Shown here: positions 1 through 9,935 of the stretch, in pieces | How positions within the stretch are numbered: position 1 is the stretch's first letter | Layout of the letters: each line of letters starts with the position of its first letter | Origin: a virus | Lineage: Duplodnaviria > Heunggongvirae > Uroviricota > Caudoviricetes | Direction: 5' to 3' (one strand) | Virus record (IMG/VR): IMGVR_UViG_2513237361_000013 | Length of the DNA: 36,955 nt | Notes under the pieces: generated by a model | What the model saw: only the letters and a program-made list of their open reading frames with translations | What the model was told of the DNA's origin: nothing | Database searches by the model: none | Program-made: the position numbers and the translations under genes

Positions 1-262
1 ATGGCACCGGACATTATCCTGCTGCGTACCGGGATCGACGTGAGGGCTGTCAAACAGGGAGATAATGCGTGGCACAAATTACGGCTCAGCGTCATTACCG
101 CTTCTGAAATTCACAACGTGATAGCAAAACCCCGTTCAGGAAATAAGTAGCCTGACATGAGAAGTACATGCCGAGTTTTGACGAGATGGTGCCGGAGTTC
201 ATCGAAAAAATGGACGAGACATTGGCTGAAATTGGTTTTGTATTTGGGGAGCAATGGCGATG
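1..262 (+). pseudogene. exo: lambda Exo-like 5-prime-3-prime exonuclease remnant (premature stop plus large internal deletion)
   Basis: Codons 1-48 ([48 protein letters not shown]) match the lambda Exo N-terminus as I recall it, then TAG at 148-150. From ~170 a different frame reads [33 protein letters not shown], the Exo C-terminus. About 140 internal codons are absent. Confidence 0.8.
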
Positions 263-537
263 AAGCATACTCACGATAATATCCGCGTAGGCGCGATCAC
301 TTTCGTCAAACCGATCGTTATCATGATAATTGAGGTAAAGAATGGCGCAAAGTAGCGTTGTGAAAATTTAAACGTCTCAACGCCTCCTTGAATTTCTCAC
401 CCCACATGAAAAAGAACCAAACAGCCCGCTTTGAGCGAAAAACGAACTATGATATTAGCAAGAAAGCATCACTGTTAATATTCGAACAATTAATGCTCAG
501 CTATTTCTCTATTATTTACAATCAGAAAGGACGTGTA

Positions 538-948
538 ATGGGTAAGGTTGATGAACTAAAGATGAAATATCCGGACGCGAATGCCTGGCAAATGGGCGAC
601 AGCCCTGAACTGGCTAACGAGCTTGCAGCACTTATAGAAAAAGGGATTAAAACGGCCTCCTGTGGCTCTTATGCCTCTTATCAGAAGGAAGAATTTGCCC
701 CAAGGATTGGGAGCTATAACATCATCCTTGACGGCCAGGATGTACCGGTATGCGTGACCAGGCTGGTGTCGATGCAACTGGTGTGTTTTTGTGATGTTAC
801 TGCCGAGTTAGCTCGCAAGGAAGGTGAAGGCGATTTGAGCCTTGAATATTGGCAGAGAGAGCATCAACGATTTTTCACCCAGGAAGGTCATTTTTCTGAA
901 GATATGGAGTTGATTATGGAAGAGTTTGAAGTTGTTGAGGTTCTGTAA
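538..948 (+). CDS. ASCH/PUA-like domain protein (hypothetical)
   Basis: ORF 388..948; preferred start is ATG 538 with AAAGGA 6 nt upstream. G.KTAS and ELARKEGEGDLSLEYW motifs resemble ASCH domains (YqfB-like). Function is inferred from motif memory only. Confidence 0.5.
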   Translation: MGKVDELKMKYPDANAWQMGDSPELANELAALIEKGIKTASCGSYASYQKEEFAPRIGSYNIILDGQDVPVCVTRLVSMQLVCFCDVTAELARKEGEGDLSLEYWQREHQRFFTQEGHFSEDMELIMEEFEVVEVL

Positions 949-1155
949 GATGAGATAAACGAGCTGACGTTATATCAATTGGCATTTATAACAATGTCCG
1001 CACCTGACACATAGCGGATCTAAATATTAACGAGCGTCCACCAAATAGAGGAATGTCTAATAGGAACCTGGCAGTAGAACTGTCATCTGACTGACCAACC
1101 GACCCCAAACAACTAAGAGGTTTTGATAACTTATTTTGATAACCGTTAGCAAACT

Positions 1156-1188
1156 AACATAAAACAACGGGCGTGTTATACGCCCGTT
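1156..1188 (-). terminator. intrinsic terminator downstream of the icd fragment
   Basis: Perfect 9-bp stem AACGGGCGT / ACGCCCGTT (1166-1174 and 1180-1188) with a 5-nt loop, followed on the minus strand by GTTTTATGTT. Confidence 0.5.
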
Positions 1189-1211
1189 ACAATATTTAAC
1201 ACATGTAGTAA

Positions 1212-1373
1212 TTACATGTTCTTGATGATCGTATCACCAAACTCTGAACATTTCAGCAGCTTAGCGCCTTCCATCAGACGTTCGAAGTCATAGGTTACGG
1301 TCTTAGCGTTAATTGCGCCTTCCATACCTTTAACAATCAGGTCTGCGGCTTCAGTCCAGCCCATATGGCGCAG
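1212..1373 (-). pseudogene. icd: orphan 3-prime-terminal fragment of isocitrate dehydrogenase gene (prophage attachment-site duplication, icdC-like)
   Basis: Minus strand translates [54 protein letters not shown], the Icd C-terminus. Homology stops abruptly near 1373, where the sequence becomes AT-rich non-coding. e14 and phage 21 are known to integrate in icd. Confidence 0.85.
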
Positions 1374-1565
1374 CAGTATATAAAAACATTAAGTTCAATT
1401 CATTGATATTTAATGATAAAAATTATTTTATTGTCTTTTTATTAGCCAAAATCAACTTTATTCAACCGTTTGATTTCATTGACGTTCGTTTTTATTTTGG
1501 GGAAAGGTTTTATCTACCATTTATATCAAAATTACAAGCCTACATTTTATTAACATCTCAATACA

Positions 1566-1596
1566 TGTGAGGCCTTGCAGACCTTTGTGAGGCCTT
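1566..1596. repeat. 11-bp direct repeat TGTGAGGCCTT x2 (20-bp period) near the att boundary
   Basis: Identical copies at 1566-1576 and 1586-1596, about 200 bp from the icd-fragment junction. Confidence 0.4.
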
Positions 1597-1914
1597 ATGT
1601 GTCTCAGTTTTGTCCCTCTTTTTTGTACTAAAAAACATAGTAATTGAGGATAAACCTCATGCTATTTTCGCTTATATGCCTCTAAAGGCATGGCACTTAA
1701 ATAGATAAAAGCACCACAAAATCATAAAAAAACCACACAGTAAAACCGCAATATGAAACAATAACAGATAATTAAACCAAAAACAGATAGCGCATTGTGA
1801 TAATCATTCAATACTAAACAAAATATAAACAGTGGAGCAATATGTAATTGACTCATTAAGTTAGATATAAAAAATACATATTCAATCATTAAAACGATTG
1901 AATGGAGAACTTTT

Positions 1915-2868
1915 ATGCGGGCGAAACTTCTGGGAATAGTCCTGACAACCCCTATTGCGATCAACTCTTTTGCTTCTACCGAGACTTTATCGTTTACTCC
2001 TGACAACATAAATGCGGACATTAGTCTTGGAACTCTGAGCGGAAAAACAAAAGAGCGTGTTTATCTAGCCGAAGAAGGAAGCCGAAAAGTCAGTCAACTT
2101 GACTGGAAATTCAATAACGCTGCAATTATTAAAGGTGCAATTAATTGGGATTTGATGCCTCAGATATCTATCGGGGCTGCTGGTTGGACAACACTCGGCA
2201 GCCGAGGTGGCAATATGGTCGATCAGGACTGGATGGATTCCAGTAACCCCGGAACCTGGACGGATGAAAGTAGACATCCTGATACACAACTCAATTATGC
2301 CAACGAATTTGATCTGAATATCAAAGGCTGGCTCCTCAACGAACCCAATTACCGCCTGGGACTCATGGCCGGATATCAGGAAAGCCGTTATAGCTTTACA
2401 GCCAGAGGTGGTTCCTATATCTACAGTTCTGAGGAGGGATTCAGAGATGATATCGGCTCCTTCCCGAATGGAGAAAGAGCAATCGGCTACAAACAACGTT
2501 TTAAAATGCCCTACATTGGCTTGACTGGAAGTTATCGTTATGAAGATTTTGAGCTAGGTGGCACATTTAAATACAGCGGCTGGGTGGAATCATCTGATAA
2601 CGATGAACACTATGACCCGGGAAAAAGAATCACTTATCGCAGTAAGGTCAAAGACCAAAATTACTATTCTGTTGCAGTCAATGCAGGTTATTACGTCACA
2701 CCTAACGCAAAAGTTTATGTTGAAGGCGCATGGAATCGGGTTACGAATAAAAAAGGTAATACTTCACTTTATGATCACAATAATAACACTTCAGACTACA
2801 GCAAAAATGGAGCAGGCATAGAAAACTATAACTTCATCACTACTGCTGGTCTTAAGTACACATTTTAA
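1915..2868 (+). CDS. ompT: outer membrane protease OmpT (omptin)
   Basis: 317-aa ORF matching E. coli OmpT essentially end to end from memory (MRAKLLGIVLTTPIA...AGLKYTF). GGAG Shine-Dalgarno 8 nt upstream of the ATG. Confidence 0.95.
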   Translation: MRAKLLGIVLTTPIAINSFASTETLSFTPDNINADISLGTLSGKTKERVYLAEEGSRKVSQLDWKFNNAAIIKGAINWDLMPQISIGAAGWTTLGSRGGNMVDQDWMDSSNPGTWTDESRHPDTQLNYANEFDLNIKGWLLNEPNYRLGLMAGYQESRYSFTARGGSYIYSSEEGFRDDIGSFPNGERAIGYKQRFKMPYIGLTGSYRYEDFELGGTFKYSGWVESSDNDEHYDPGKRITYRSKVKDQNYYSVAVNAGYYVTPNAKVYVEGAWNRVTNKKGNTSLYDHNNNTSDYSKNGAGIENYNFITTAGLKYTF

Positions 2869-2886
2869 GAACGCCAACTAAAATTT

Positions 2887-2911
2887 CCCCGAGGTGAAAA
2901 TCGCCCCGGGG
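2887..2911 (-). terminator. possible weak terminator between convergent ompT and appY
   Basis: CCCCG (2887-2891) pairs with CGGGG (2907-2911) around a long loop. On the minus strand it is followed by AAATTTTAG. The structure is weak. Confidence 0.25.
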
Positions 2912-3117
2912 AATAACTAGCCATTTCAATGTAACAATTAACCCTTAAAATAAACCCAGAAGGTTATTAACTAAATCACATAGAAAACCATCAATTATAG
3001 TGTGTATAAAATAGGCGACAGCAACCCAATTACAAATTAATGGTTCCAGAATATCACATCAAAAAACACGCTATATAATATTATAATTAACATGTAGACA
3101 ACTTGTAATAAATATTA

Positions 3118-3867
3118 TCAGTCAATTGTTTTGTTTATTCCATCTGTGACGCCGATTATTTTCTCAAAATAATGAGATGGCGTGACACCATAATAATCTT
3201 TAAATGCACATATGAAATATGAAGTACTGTTATAGCCACATTTCTGGGCTACGACATTGATAGAATAAGAGTTTGAAGTTATGAGTTTTTTTGCATACCT
3301 CATCCTAGTATCTCTCAATATTTCAGTAAATGACGTTCCTTCATCCCTTAATCTTTTTTTTATTAAACTTTCACTCGTATAAATCAATTCCGCAATATCT
3401 TTTAAATGCCATTGCCGCTCAATATTAAAACTGATTATTCCAGTAATTTTACAGGTAAATGTATTTATATTTGTTAGTATAAATGAATTTACACTTTCGC
3501 GTTTTTTGAACATGGCAAGTAAGGATATACATAGTCTTTCTTTTAACCAAAGGGAGTGTGAGTCTGCTATTTTAATCCCTTCAAACAGAGAAAAAACAAG
3601 CGATAATGGAGGTTCCTCTTCAGCAATATAGCCATTCTTATCAAGAGTAAATTTGCCAGGCAACTCATTATTCACGTCGATAAAAAAGGATAAACATGTT
3701 TTCTTATCTATATCAACAATTCTTAGTTTAGAGGGGCATACTGGTAACTCTCTTCTAATTTTGTCGCTTACAATAAACAATGAATTTTTTTTGAACGAGA
3801 TAACTCTCCTGTTTATAATTAAATCAAATGATTGACAGATGAAAACTACGGAGCAAACATAATCCAT
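3118..3867 (-). CDS. appY: AraC-family transcriptional regulator AppY
   Basis: 249-aa ORF with a C-terminal AraC helix-turn-helix ([28 protein letters not shown]). N-terminus [14 protein letters not shown] and the convergent position next to ompT match the K-12 appY/ompT arrangement. EnvY cannot be fully excluded without a search. Confidence 0.75.
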
Positions 3868-4443
3868 CTTGCACCTATCATAAAATTAAAACAAGTTGAT
3901 AGTAGTCAAATAACAACCAATTAAATACACAATCATAATCAGGATGATGTGCATTTATATTTTTATACACAAAATTATAGTTTGCAAATTTTAATAAATT
4001 TCATTTAAGATTAAATTATTATATGTATATTGTTTTTTATTTTAACGTATTTCAAAGTTACATTTTTTCAACGATTACCATGCTTTTTATTAACATAAAC
4101 TCACTACAACGCACCTGAAACCTCTTGCTATATATATGTCAACCGTTTGAATTTAAAATAAAAAGAGTATCATTTTTACTTGCATTTCTTATCAAGTCAC
4201 ATTCAACAACAGTAAAAAAACATTATTAGAACCATTCAATTAACAAAAAACCAACATTCAGCTTGCTTAATTTTTCTTTATTAAACGATATTGAAAATCA
4301 ATTGATAAAATACATCTAAACAACCTTTTGGGGCGCAAAAGCATAACATCAAACAAACAAATAACACACCGAAAAAACTCACAATTAATAACCTATGATA
4401 TACATACTGTTTATTATGGTTGAATAAGCCACTCGATATCTGG
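3868..4443 (-). promoter_or_regulatory. AT-rich upstream regulatory region of appY (likely nucleoid-protein-bound)
   Basis: About 570 bp of strongly AT-rich non-coding DNA immediately 5-prime of the appY start, with no credible ORF. Confidence 0.4.
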
Positions 4444-4543
4444 TGCTACGGAAGTGTCCACACGGTTTAGCAACACCCGATACTTTTTCCTGGCTTCCAG
4501 CAACGGGGTTTCTTCCTCCGTTGCATATACAGCTCACCTTTTT

Positions 4544-4837
4544 TCACCCACGATTAACCAACAGCCAGACCAGCAGACACGCCACCACCGGCACAGCAAA
4601 ATCCATCAGGCTTGCCACATCCCAAGCTCGCGGATCAAAACCGCCCCACCACGGCATATTCATACGCTTGCCATGTCCGAACATTTCAATCCAGCGATAT
4701 TCTGCCTGGGTGTGTTCACGCGCAATGAAGAACGTACAACCAGCTATCGCTCCGTAAGCCCAGTTTCCGGTAAAAAGACCAACCAGTATCTGCGCAGCCA
4801 CAGCACAAAGTGCATGAAGTAAGGGGCTTATATCCAT
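4544..4837 (-). CDS. small two-TM membrane protein (hypothetical; distal gene of stf operon)
   Basis: 97 aa with hydrophobic helices LLHALCAVAAQILVGLFTG and FAVPVVACLLVWLLV. AAGGAGG sits 5 nt upstream of the ATG and 12 nt after the stop of the preceding gene. Confidence 0.55.
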   Translation of the reverse strand: MDISPLLHALCAVAAQILVGLFTGNWAYGAIAGCTFFIAREHTQAEYRWIEMFGHGKRMNMPWWGGFDPRAWDVASLMDFAVPVVACLLVWLLVNRG

Positions 4838-4849
4838 TATTTCCTCCTT

Positions 4850-5128
4850 TCAGCTCCATTCCCGAAGCGGTGTTTCCAGCTCCACGACATAATCAGAGAA
4901 TACAGAAACATCAAACAAGTCATCAAGAATGCGAATGTTGACAAAATAACCGTCATTCCGGATACAGACAGGTTCTCCCTCTTCAGTTACCCCTGTTTCT
5001 GTGTAGGTGAAACCAATTTCATCGACTAACAGTTTATTCTGGAGGTCTTCATCTTCCTCCCAGTCAAGAGATGACAGGAAGGATTTAAACTCTCTGTTTC
5101 CAGGAAATTTCAAAGTTAAATCTTTCAT
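4850..5128 (-). CDS. small acidic protein translationally coupled to stf (possible tail-fibre accessory/chaperone)
   Basis: 92 aa. Its ATG overlaps the stf stop as ATGA, and an AAGGAGG Shine-Dalgarno lies inside the stf 3-prime end. Confidence 0.5.
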   Translation of the reverse strand: MKDLTLKFPGNREFKSFLSSLDWEEDEDLQNKLLVDEIGFTYTETGVTEEGEPVCIRNDGYFVNIRILDDLFDVSVFSDYVVELETPLREWS

Positions 5129-7146
5129 ACTGCCTCCTTGATTTGCCTGTCATTTAATTCTTTAAACCAGACTCTGAAATTTCTGATGTGTCCAAACAAA
5201 TGACGCGTTCCTGCTGCGGTCTGCCCACCAAACCGGTACGATGTTGCTGTAACTCCAAATATTTTACCATTAAGGTTTGTTGTATAATTACCATTGCATA
5301 TTGCATTTACTGATAAATCAGATTTAGCTCTCACACCCACAATGAACCTTTCTCCATCTGAGGCAATTTGTGGCTGAACCATTCCTACGTTGGCGCTTAT
5401 CTTTCCTGTTGAAACAAACCCCAGCGATAAATAATTATCATCAATACTGTGCCCTCCAACATCAAATATCCTTGGCGCAACATTGGGCGGTGTACTCCAG
5501 TTCCTGCTTACTTCGCACAATACCGTAAAAGGCCGTGTTGACAGGTTATTCTGCGATGGGATAGTAACCACATCACTTGCGCGTGTTGTTGGCATTGTAG
5601 TTACAATAAATGACGATGCCGTATTGCCCAGTTCAATTTGCGGCGTCGTCATGGTTAATGTTGAGTCATCATAGAATGGCTCATTACTTATTTTATTTGT
5701 CATATAAAAAGCACAGTTAACGGTATCAATGTCCGTATTAGCTGTATAAGTGGCCTCATAGTAGGTCCACTCGCCCTGTTGTTCAGCTTTGGCTGTTATA
5801 AGGGATGTATTACCGCTTACTGTTGCGATCCGGGTATCCAGATCAAGATAAGAGTCAGCAGAGAAGGTATCTGTTCCACCAATAATAACTGAAACTCTTA
5901 ACCTGCATCGTGCTTTAGCGCCTTTAACCCGGCACGAAAAAGTGAAACATTCACCACTTGCCAGCGGGAATCTGTCTGCTGCAACCACACCATGCACAGT
6001 ATAGCCACCTGTTGTTCCCACTATACTTTCCGTGGGTGTCACCGTGGCATAATTGAACCCCTGTTTATCAGTGCCAAATGTTTTATTCAGTGCGGAATGA
6101 ACAGTCCATGAGTCTGGTTTATTTGAGTTCCTCAGATAATTTGTCCTCTGTCCTTCAATCAATAAGCCATCGCGCTCAAATCGCGGTTCATCAACTTCAG
6201 CAAGCTTGAGTTGGCCGGACTTATTAATATACGTTGCTGTTGAAGCACGTTTAAACTTAACAATCTTGTCGCCTGGCATTGTTATTTCATCGTCACCAAT
6301 AACAATCTTTTTATATGATGGCGAAAACCCCGTAATCATATCCAGTGTATCGTTAAACGGTATCCATACATCAGGCAGCGGCGGCACTATATTCGCATAG
6401 GGCTCTGCAGTCACTTCCGCTGCGGCTTCTGCGCGGTCTGCCGCCTTTTCTGCTCGTGTCGCTGCCGACAGAGCCTCATCCTTTTTCTGCCCGGCCTTTG
6501 TTGCGTCTGCTGCGGCCTCCCGCGCTTTTGTGGTGGCGATTCCGGCATTTTCAGCGGCTGACTCTGCATTACGGCGGGAAGCCTCTTCACTGTCTGCGGA
6601 GGCTTCCTCTGACGCACGGGCATTTGTCTCTGAATGTTCTGCCGCTGTTGCTGCATTTTGTGCGGCTGTTTTTGAAGAAGCTGCCGCTTTCGCGCTGTTA
6701 CCTGCATTCGTCTCTGATGTTTTCGCCGCGTTCCTGGACGATGCCGCTGCTGTTTCTGATTTCTTTGCTGCCGCTGCGCTCTGAGAGGCGGCTTCAGCGT
6801 TGCGTGCCGCCTCTTCCACCATCTTTTCAAAACGATACAGTGCCTCCGGACGAACATCATCTTCTGTTGCAGCGCCCAGAAAATCATTCAATGTCCCCGG
6901 CTTAGAATCCTCATACACGGTGATGGTCCCGGCATGTGAAGGCGGAAAACCTTCAACCAGCAGGGCGACGCTGTACTGGCCATACTCAACATCCATGCTG
7001 TAACGTCCGGCTTCATCCGGATTTTCTGAGGCCACCGTGTTCACCACAACTGTGGTGCTGTTACGTTTTGCTTTGAGCTGAATGGTGCAGTTCTGTATCG
7101 GTTTTCCTGCACCGTCTTTCAGCACACCTGAAATCTGTACTGCCAT
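5125..7146 (-). CDS. stf: side tail fibre protein (Stf-like) with Ala/Ser-rich repeat linker and distinct C-terminal domain
   Basis: N-terminal domain MAVQISGVLKDGAGKPIQNCTIQLKAKRNSTTVVVNTVASENPDEAGRYSMDVEYGQYSV matches the lambda-type Stf N-terminus. Start is taken at ATG 7144-7146 (GGAG 6 nt upstream); the longer ORF-track start at 7209 overlaps J. Confidence 0.85.
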   Translation of the reverse strand: MAVQISGVLKDGAGKPIQNCTIQLKAKRNSTTVVVNTVASENPDEAGRYSMDVEYGQYSVALLVEGFPPSHAGTITVYEDSKPGTLNDFLGAATEDDVRPEALYRFEKMVEEAARNAEAASQSAAAAKKSETAAASSRNAAKTSETNAGNSAKAAASSKTAAQNAATAAEHSETNARASEEASADSEEASRRNAESAAENAGIATTKAREAAADATKAGQKKDEALSAATRAEKAADRAEAAAEVTAEPYANIVPPLPDVWIPFNDTLDMITGFSPSYKKIVIGDDEITMPGDKIVKFKRASTATYINKSGQLKLAEVDEPRFERDGLLIEGQRTNYLRNSNKPDSWTVHSALNKTFGTDKQGFNYATVTPTESIVGTTGGYTVHGVVAADRFPLASGECFTFSCRVKGAKARCRLRVSVIIGGTDTFSADSYLDLDTRIATVSGNTSLITAKAEQQGEWTYYEATYTANTDIDTVNCAFYMTNKISNEPFYDDSTLTMTTPQIELGNTASSFIVTTMPTTRASDVVTIPSQNNLSTRPFTVLCEVSRNWSTPPNVAPRIFDVGGHSIDDNYLSLGFVSTGKISANVGMVQPQIASDGERFIVGVRAKSDLSVNAICNGNYTTNLNGKIFGVTATSYRFGGQTAAGTRHLFGHIRNFRVWFKELNDRQIKEAV

Positions 7147-7150
7147 ATTC

Positions 7151-7180
7151 ACTCCACAAATAAAAAAGGCACCATTTCTG
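7151..7180 (-). terminator. intrinsic terminator between J and stf
   Basis: Stem GGCACC (7163-7168) / GGTGCC (7175-7180) with a 6-nt loop, followed on the minus strand by TTTTTTATTTGT, just before the stf Shine-Dalgarno. Confidence 0.55.
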
Positions 7181-7205
7181 GTGCCCGAATTTGGGGTTTT
7201 AAAAT

Positions 7206-8816
7206 TCAACTGATACTGATGCCGGCTGTTGATTTCTTCATCACGACAACAAGAAGGTCGCTGATACTGGTCGTTGGCGTCCAGTTATTTGCACCATATG
7301 AAGAAACATTGAAAGTCAGGGTGACATGGCCGTGTCCGGCAGGCATATCAATGACTGATGAAAATACCCTGCTGACATCCGTCGCGGGTTGCTGAAAGAT
7401 TTCCTGTCCGTTCTTCAGCACCTGCAGCTTACAGGTTGAATACCAGTATGACTGTTGGTTGTTGCTGTTGAAGTTTTCATGCTTACCACCGCGAAACAGA
7501 ACGGGGGGGATTACTATCTGACGGTCAAAAGCCTGGTCATCGTACACCGTGACCGTTATTGTACCGCTGGCATAACTGCTATTTCTCGGAAAGGCTTTTC
7601 CCACCGTTTTAACAATATCGCCTTCAATCTGGTTGGCTGACAGTTTTCCCAGAATCCGGCAGTTCTGATTAATCGTGACATTGTTGAGCGTCCCGGAGTT
7701 CGCGTTCACGTTACCGCTGATATCCGCATTTTTCGCCGTCAGCCGCCCGTCCGGTGTCAGGGAAAATGCCGGAGGATTACCGCCGCTGGTAATGGTGGGA
7801 GCCGTCAGATATTTCAGGAACACTTCATTCATAAATATCTGATCGCCCTGACCAACAAACATCGGCTTTGTATTGCCATTCGCAGGATTAATCATCGCAA
7901 TCCTGTCCGCCGCCAGCAGCACCTGACTCTGCATACCGTCAGGGGTATTCTCAATACCGGCACCAATACCCGCGATATAAAGGCGTCCGTCCTGCATCTG
8001 CTGCAGCTTCACAGCCCACATGCTGTTCAGGTTATTATTTGTATCAACCTGAACCTTCTGTATCTGCTGGATCGCTGCACTCTGGTCTTCCAGTTTCTTA
8101 TTGACGGTCTGCGTGATTTCATTGCTGACATCCGTAATGGACGTCCTGATTTCAGCCAGGTCAGGCGCAAGCTGACCGTTATCAATCTGCGTCCACAACT
8201 CCTGAGCCAGATGGGTTTTCCCTATCTCTCCTTTGAAAAAATCCAGATAGCCGGATGCATCATCACTCGGCTGGCCAACAGCCTCCACAAATGCCGATTT
8301 GCCAACGGTGTTCACACTGCGAATGTAAAAATAATAATCATGGCCCGGTTTGATATTGATACTAGCGGCTATCCAGTACAGCGCCGTACCAAGATAACGC
8401 GCGCTGGCTTCAACCTGCCTGATATCCGCAATCCGCTTTTCCGAGAACCAGAACTCAAACTGTACCGTCGGATCATAAACGGCAAGATGCGGCGTTGCGG
8501 TTATCTGAAAATAGCCCGGCGTCAGCTCAATCCGCGATGGCGCTGCCGGTGCGGCAATCCGGAACGATACCGACGCCGGATCCCCCTGCTGCCCCCACGC
8601 ATTTACCGCCCGGACTGTCAGCCTGTAGTTCCCCAGCGCCAGTTGCCTGAAGCGGTATGTGGTTTCCGTCGTCCTGGCCGTGCTGACCAGAAGAAATGTC
8701 CGGTGAAATGCTGGTTCTGGTGCCGGAAAGGCTGGAGATGCTGAAGGTGTTGCGAAATACCTGCCCGGTGTACAGCGGATGCATACCTCTGTCGGACCTG
8801 GAAAGAACAGTCCGTA
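7206..8816 (-). pseudogene. J: tail tip/host-specificity protein J, C-terminal portion only (5-prime truncated)
   Basis: Open frame of 537 codons closed upstream by TAA at 8817-8819. Contains lambda-J-like segments ([32 protein letters not shown]..., [40 protein letters not shown]). Full J is about 1100 aa; there is no start codon in frame between 8316 and 8816. Confidence 0.85.
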
Positions 8817-9935
8817 TTACACTGAACAGAAACACAGCCCGTACCGGTAAATTCTGCCTGACGTCCGGACAACGACTGGCACTGAAGCGTCTTTCTGAGA
8901 GAGGAAGAGATCGTCCCCTGAACCTGAAACAAAGTGAGCGGGGGCTGTACTGGCATTATGCCCGGCTGGCAGAGAATGTGGGCGTCAGGGATTTCAGGAT
9001 GCTGTTGATGACCGGGCTGGACCGGGAGGTTCATAAAATGGAAGACCGACAGTATGGACAGTGATTTTTTATCCGCAGAGAGACAGATGCATGCGTTCAG
9101 TAAGGGGAGCGTGGACCGTATTTTCTGTTGCTCTGTTGTTGTCTCTGACGAAAAAAACTCTGAACCGTGCGGTGATAGGGCGGGCTTTCGGAAGTTAAAG
9201 CTATGCTGCCTCGTGATTTCCGGTTTGCAGTGAACGTGACGATGGCCCTGCTGTCTGGATGTGATGGTACAACAACTATTTTACATGGGGAGTCAGACTG
9301 AAAGGATACTGAACCAGTTGATTGATACCGGTGCTGGATTTGACCAGGATGATTCTGGATCCGGATATTCTGTGTTGTTGTTCCTGAAGTGCTTCCCGAA
9401 CAGTTATATAAAAATGGACAACAGTTTCACACAGGGCATTCTGAATAAAGATACACCCTGGTTGTTGTCGGACTGGCAGAGATGCAGGGTGTTACTATGG
9501 TAGGTGAAAGTGCGAAAATACAGGAATCAGTGAATTGTTTGTGTTTTCTGAAGGGAGATTGTCTGCAGGAATTTGAGAGAAGTCCGGAGAGGGGGAGTCC
9601 ATTTTGTTGTAAATATAATTAAAGTCGATCATGTAATTAGTTGGTTATTGCTGAAAAAACGAAACTTGGTGTGTCTGGGTGATTCTTTGATTGCTATCAG
9701 TTAGTGTCATTTTTTCAAAAAAATATGAATTCATGTTGGCCGGGGCATAACGATAATATCCGGAGGCAGTGATGTAATCTTTGACGAGTGCATACATCAG
9801 GTTGTGTAAAATTGACAGAAAGATCGTTTGTTATACATGCCAGTCAGCACTCCTGATAATCCACTGACGTTGTTAGCGGATGATTTCTTACTGTGATAAA
9901 GTAAAATCAATTTTATTCTAAGGAGGAGCACTGGC

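Noticed and set aside
1881-1902. 7-bp inverted repeat TTCAATC / GATTGAA immediately upstream of the ompT Shine-Dalgarno (possible RNA thermometer or operator)
   Set aside because: The stem is short and AU-rich and ends before the GGAG, so it does not occlude the ribosome-binding site. Too weak to call from sequence alone.
2065-2821. ORFs 2065..2496 (minus) and 2558..2821 (plus) inside ompT
   Set aside because: They are embedded in or antisense to the essentially full-length OmpT reading frame.
4443-4822. Plus-strand ORFs 4443..4757 and 4454..4822
   Set aside because: Antisense to the well-supported 97-aa membrane-protein gene (strong Shine-Dalgarno, operon context). The translations are Arg/His/Pro-rich with no start context.
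6411-7003. Four overlapping ORFs on both strands (6411..6887, 6456..6905, 6530..6784, 6800..7003) with Ala/Arg/Gln-rich translations
   Set aside because: They lie inside the GC-rich Ala/Ser repeat linker of stf, which has open frames in several phases purely from composition. The stf frame is the only one with a coherent protein.
8211-9064. ORFs 8211..8744, 8527..8835, 8618..9034 and 8696..9064
   Set aside because: Alternative frames or antisense over the J remnant and its upstream junction. Only the J frame gives recognisable tail-tip protein sequence.
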